From positions 384,001 through 448,000 of the forward strand of contig OY775910.1 of NCBI GenBank assembly GCA_963675245.1: a stretch of DNA of 64,000 bases, in the 5' to 3' direction. The translations under genes and the position numbers were made by a program. The notes under the pieces are model-generated. The model saw only the letters and a program-made list of their open reading frames with translations, was not told where the DNA came from and made no database searches. The stretch comes from Acholeplasmataceae bacterium. Its GTDB lineage: Bacteria > Bacillota_I > Bacilli_A > Acholeplasmatales > Acholeplasmataceae. Shown piece after piece: positions 62,581 to 64,000 of the stretch. The stretch's first letter is position 1; each line of letters starts with the position of its first letter.

Positions 62581-62610
62581 AAAAATCGTCCAGATGATGG
62601 ATGATTTTTT
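62581..62610. terminator. Bidirectional terminator between the ncRNA and CPBP copy 2
   Basis: AAAAATCGTCCA-GATGA-TGGATGATTTTTT. Confidence 0.75.
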
Positions 62611-62661
62611 AATTTTCTAGATATTAGTTTTGCTTTTTTATTGAATAAATACATATCAGTA

Positions 62662-63504
62662 TCATGCTGCAACAAGATACCTATGATTCTTTTGATGGAT
62701 CATATACCACGACCCTAAGACAATCGCGAATGTGATATTAACAATCACCCACACCCAATAACCAGGTTGAGGGACATCTGCCATAAACAATACCGGAAAG
62801 AATGGCACCGACACATTACTAATCGTATGCATAATCCAAGGGATGATCAGTCTCTTACCTGATAGATTATATAAAATGCCAATAACGACTGACCAACTTA
62901 TCGTAAATAATAAGAAAGCAATAAACGGATAATAAGAATGTCCTTCTCCTTCTATTAACCAGAGAGGGGCATGCCAAAATCCCCATAATAACCCTATCAA
63001 TAAACTCGCTTTAATCAATCCCATTTTATCTTGTAGTGGAGACTGAATAAACCCTCTCCATCCAAATTCTTCTTGACCTCCACCCACGAAAAAGATCATT
63101 AAGGTATAGGGAATGAATAACACAAAGACAGGCACACCTAAATCCGTTGGTATTAACGTATTCGGAAGTGTATCAATATTTAATAGTCCTGTACCATAGT
63201 GAGCAATGATGGTTGTAATAAGTGCGAAAAATACGGCCAATACATAAAACTTCCAATTCGTCTTTAAACTTAAAGACCTCTTATAGAATGCTTTAACAGC
63301 TACCCATTTTCCCTGTGAGTAGGTGAGGAGGGTTGCTGCTACGAGCGGTCCAAATGCCCCCAAGATGACTGCCACACTAAGTAAAGATGACAGTGTGTCT
63401 GTCATGTCATATAATCCGAATGTCGGCAAAACAAAAGGTAACCACAATACCCAAGCCCAAACATACGTGTAGATGAAATATCTAACTATCGCTTTATTTT
63501 CCAT
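62662..63504 (-). CDS. CPBP (Abi/CAAX) intramembrane glutamic endopeptidase, copy 2
   Basis: EEFGWRG, WGFWHAP, HTISN; collinear close paralogue of 60643..61491. Confidence 0.92.
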   Translation of the reverse strand: MENKAIVRYFIYTYVWAWVLWLPFVLPTFGLYDMTDTLSSLLSVAVILGAFGPLVAATLLTYSQGKWVAVKAFYKRSLSLKTNWKFYVLAVFFALITTIIAHYGTGLLNIDTLPNTLIPTDLGVPVFVLFIPYTLMIFFVGGGQEEFGWRGFIQSPLQDKMGLIKASLLIGLLWGFWHAPLWLIEGEGHSYYPFIAFLLFTISWSVVIGILYNLSGKRLIIPWIMHTISNVSVPFFPVLFMADVPQPGYWVWVIVNITFAIVLGSWYMIHQKNHRYLVAA

Positions 63505-63788
63505 ATTATTACTCCTATTCTTGTTTAACTCTAATTTGAGTATATCACCAATAAAATAGGATGTAACGCAACGGGTGGTTGCGGTTAAACGAACGTTAAT
63601 AAATCCCTTTCGTCAAGTGATAAAAGGCACTTTCCAATTAAAGTAACGCTCCGTTTCGTCCAATTAATGTAACTATTTGTTTTGAAAAAGTGATTGTTTG
63701 TTCTGATAGTATTGAAGCATAATTTTTAATTTTTTGATTTCCATACTACTTCTAAAAAATATCAAATTAAATTTTTCTAGATTCTATT

Positions 63789-64000
63789 TTAGGATATATA
63801 TCTTTTCAGTATATCAATGTCCAAATCAATCTTATATATACTTTTATCAAATACAATCTCATTTTCATTTACATCTATAACATAATCAATAATTTTATCA
63901 ATATCATCATTAAAGAATCCATATCTTAAAAGCCATATTCTAACTGGTTCATTAGTACCAAATTTGACTAGATTCGAAATTTCAAACGCTCTCTGATCAC
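63789..64000 (-). CDS. C-terminal fragment of a gene entering from the window end; product uncertain
   Basis: Open frame DQRAFEISNLVKFGTNEPVRIWLLRYGFFNDDIDKIIDYVIDVNENEIVFDKSIYKIDLDIDILKRYIS*. Confidence 0.55.
   Translation of the reverse strand, partial: DQRAFEISNLVKFGTNEPVRIWLLRYGFFNDDIDKIIDYVIDVNENEIVFDKSIYKIDLDIDILKRYIS

Noticed and set aside
62162..62675. ORF-track calls 62162..62386 (+), 62191..62424 (-) and 62439..62675 (-)
   Set aside because: No clear SD, no recognisable motifs and mutual overlap. The region is better explained as a structured RNA.

Overview
Low-GC chromosomal segment that uses the standard code (TGA is a stop). Gene content and style suggest a wall-less Mollicute-type bacterium such as Acholeplasmatales; this is an inference. 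The first ~43 kb is mostly housekeeping, mainly on the minus strand: nth-dnaD-rnc-plsX-recG, a 7-gene shikimate/tyrosine operon, mscL, rlmH, a giant PrsA-like lipoprotein, yhaM, cca, an F-type ATP synthase operon with a Na+-type c subunit, upp, rpiB, typA, tsaC-prmC-prfA and dps. An intact ISL3 element and a toxin-antitoxin insert interrupt it. The last ~20 kb is accessory: regulators, serine hydrolases, an MFS transporter, repeat lipoproteins and duplicated CPBP proteases. Four signals stand out that the ORF track does not show. (1) A ~550-600 nt hairpin-dense non-coding RNA at ~62015-62610 with its own promoter, a ~30-bp stem joining its ends and a terminator; it is divergent from a small XRE repressor and may be a ROOL-like large RNA or a new class. 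(2) A Tyr-rich leader-peptide attenuator in front of the aro operon. (3) An unannotated 35-aa single-TM gene between atpF and atpH. (4) A uORF plus terminator leader in front of an rsgA paralogue. All RNA structures were derived by eye, and no database searches were run.
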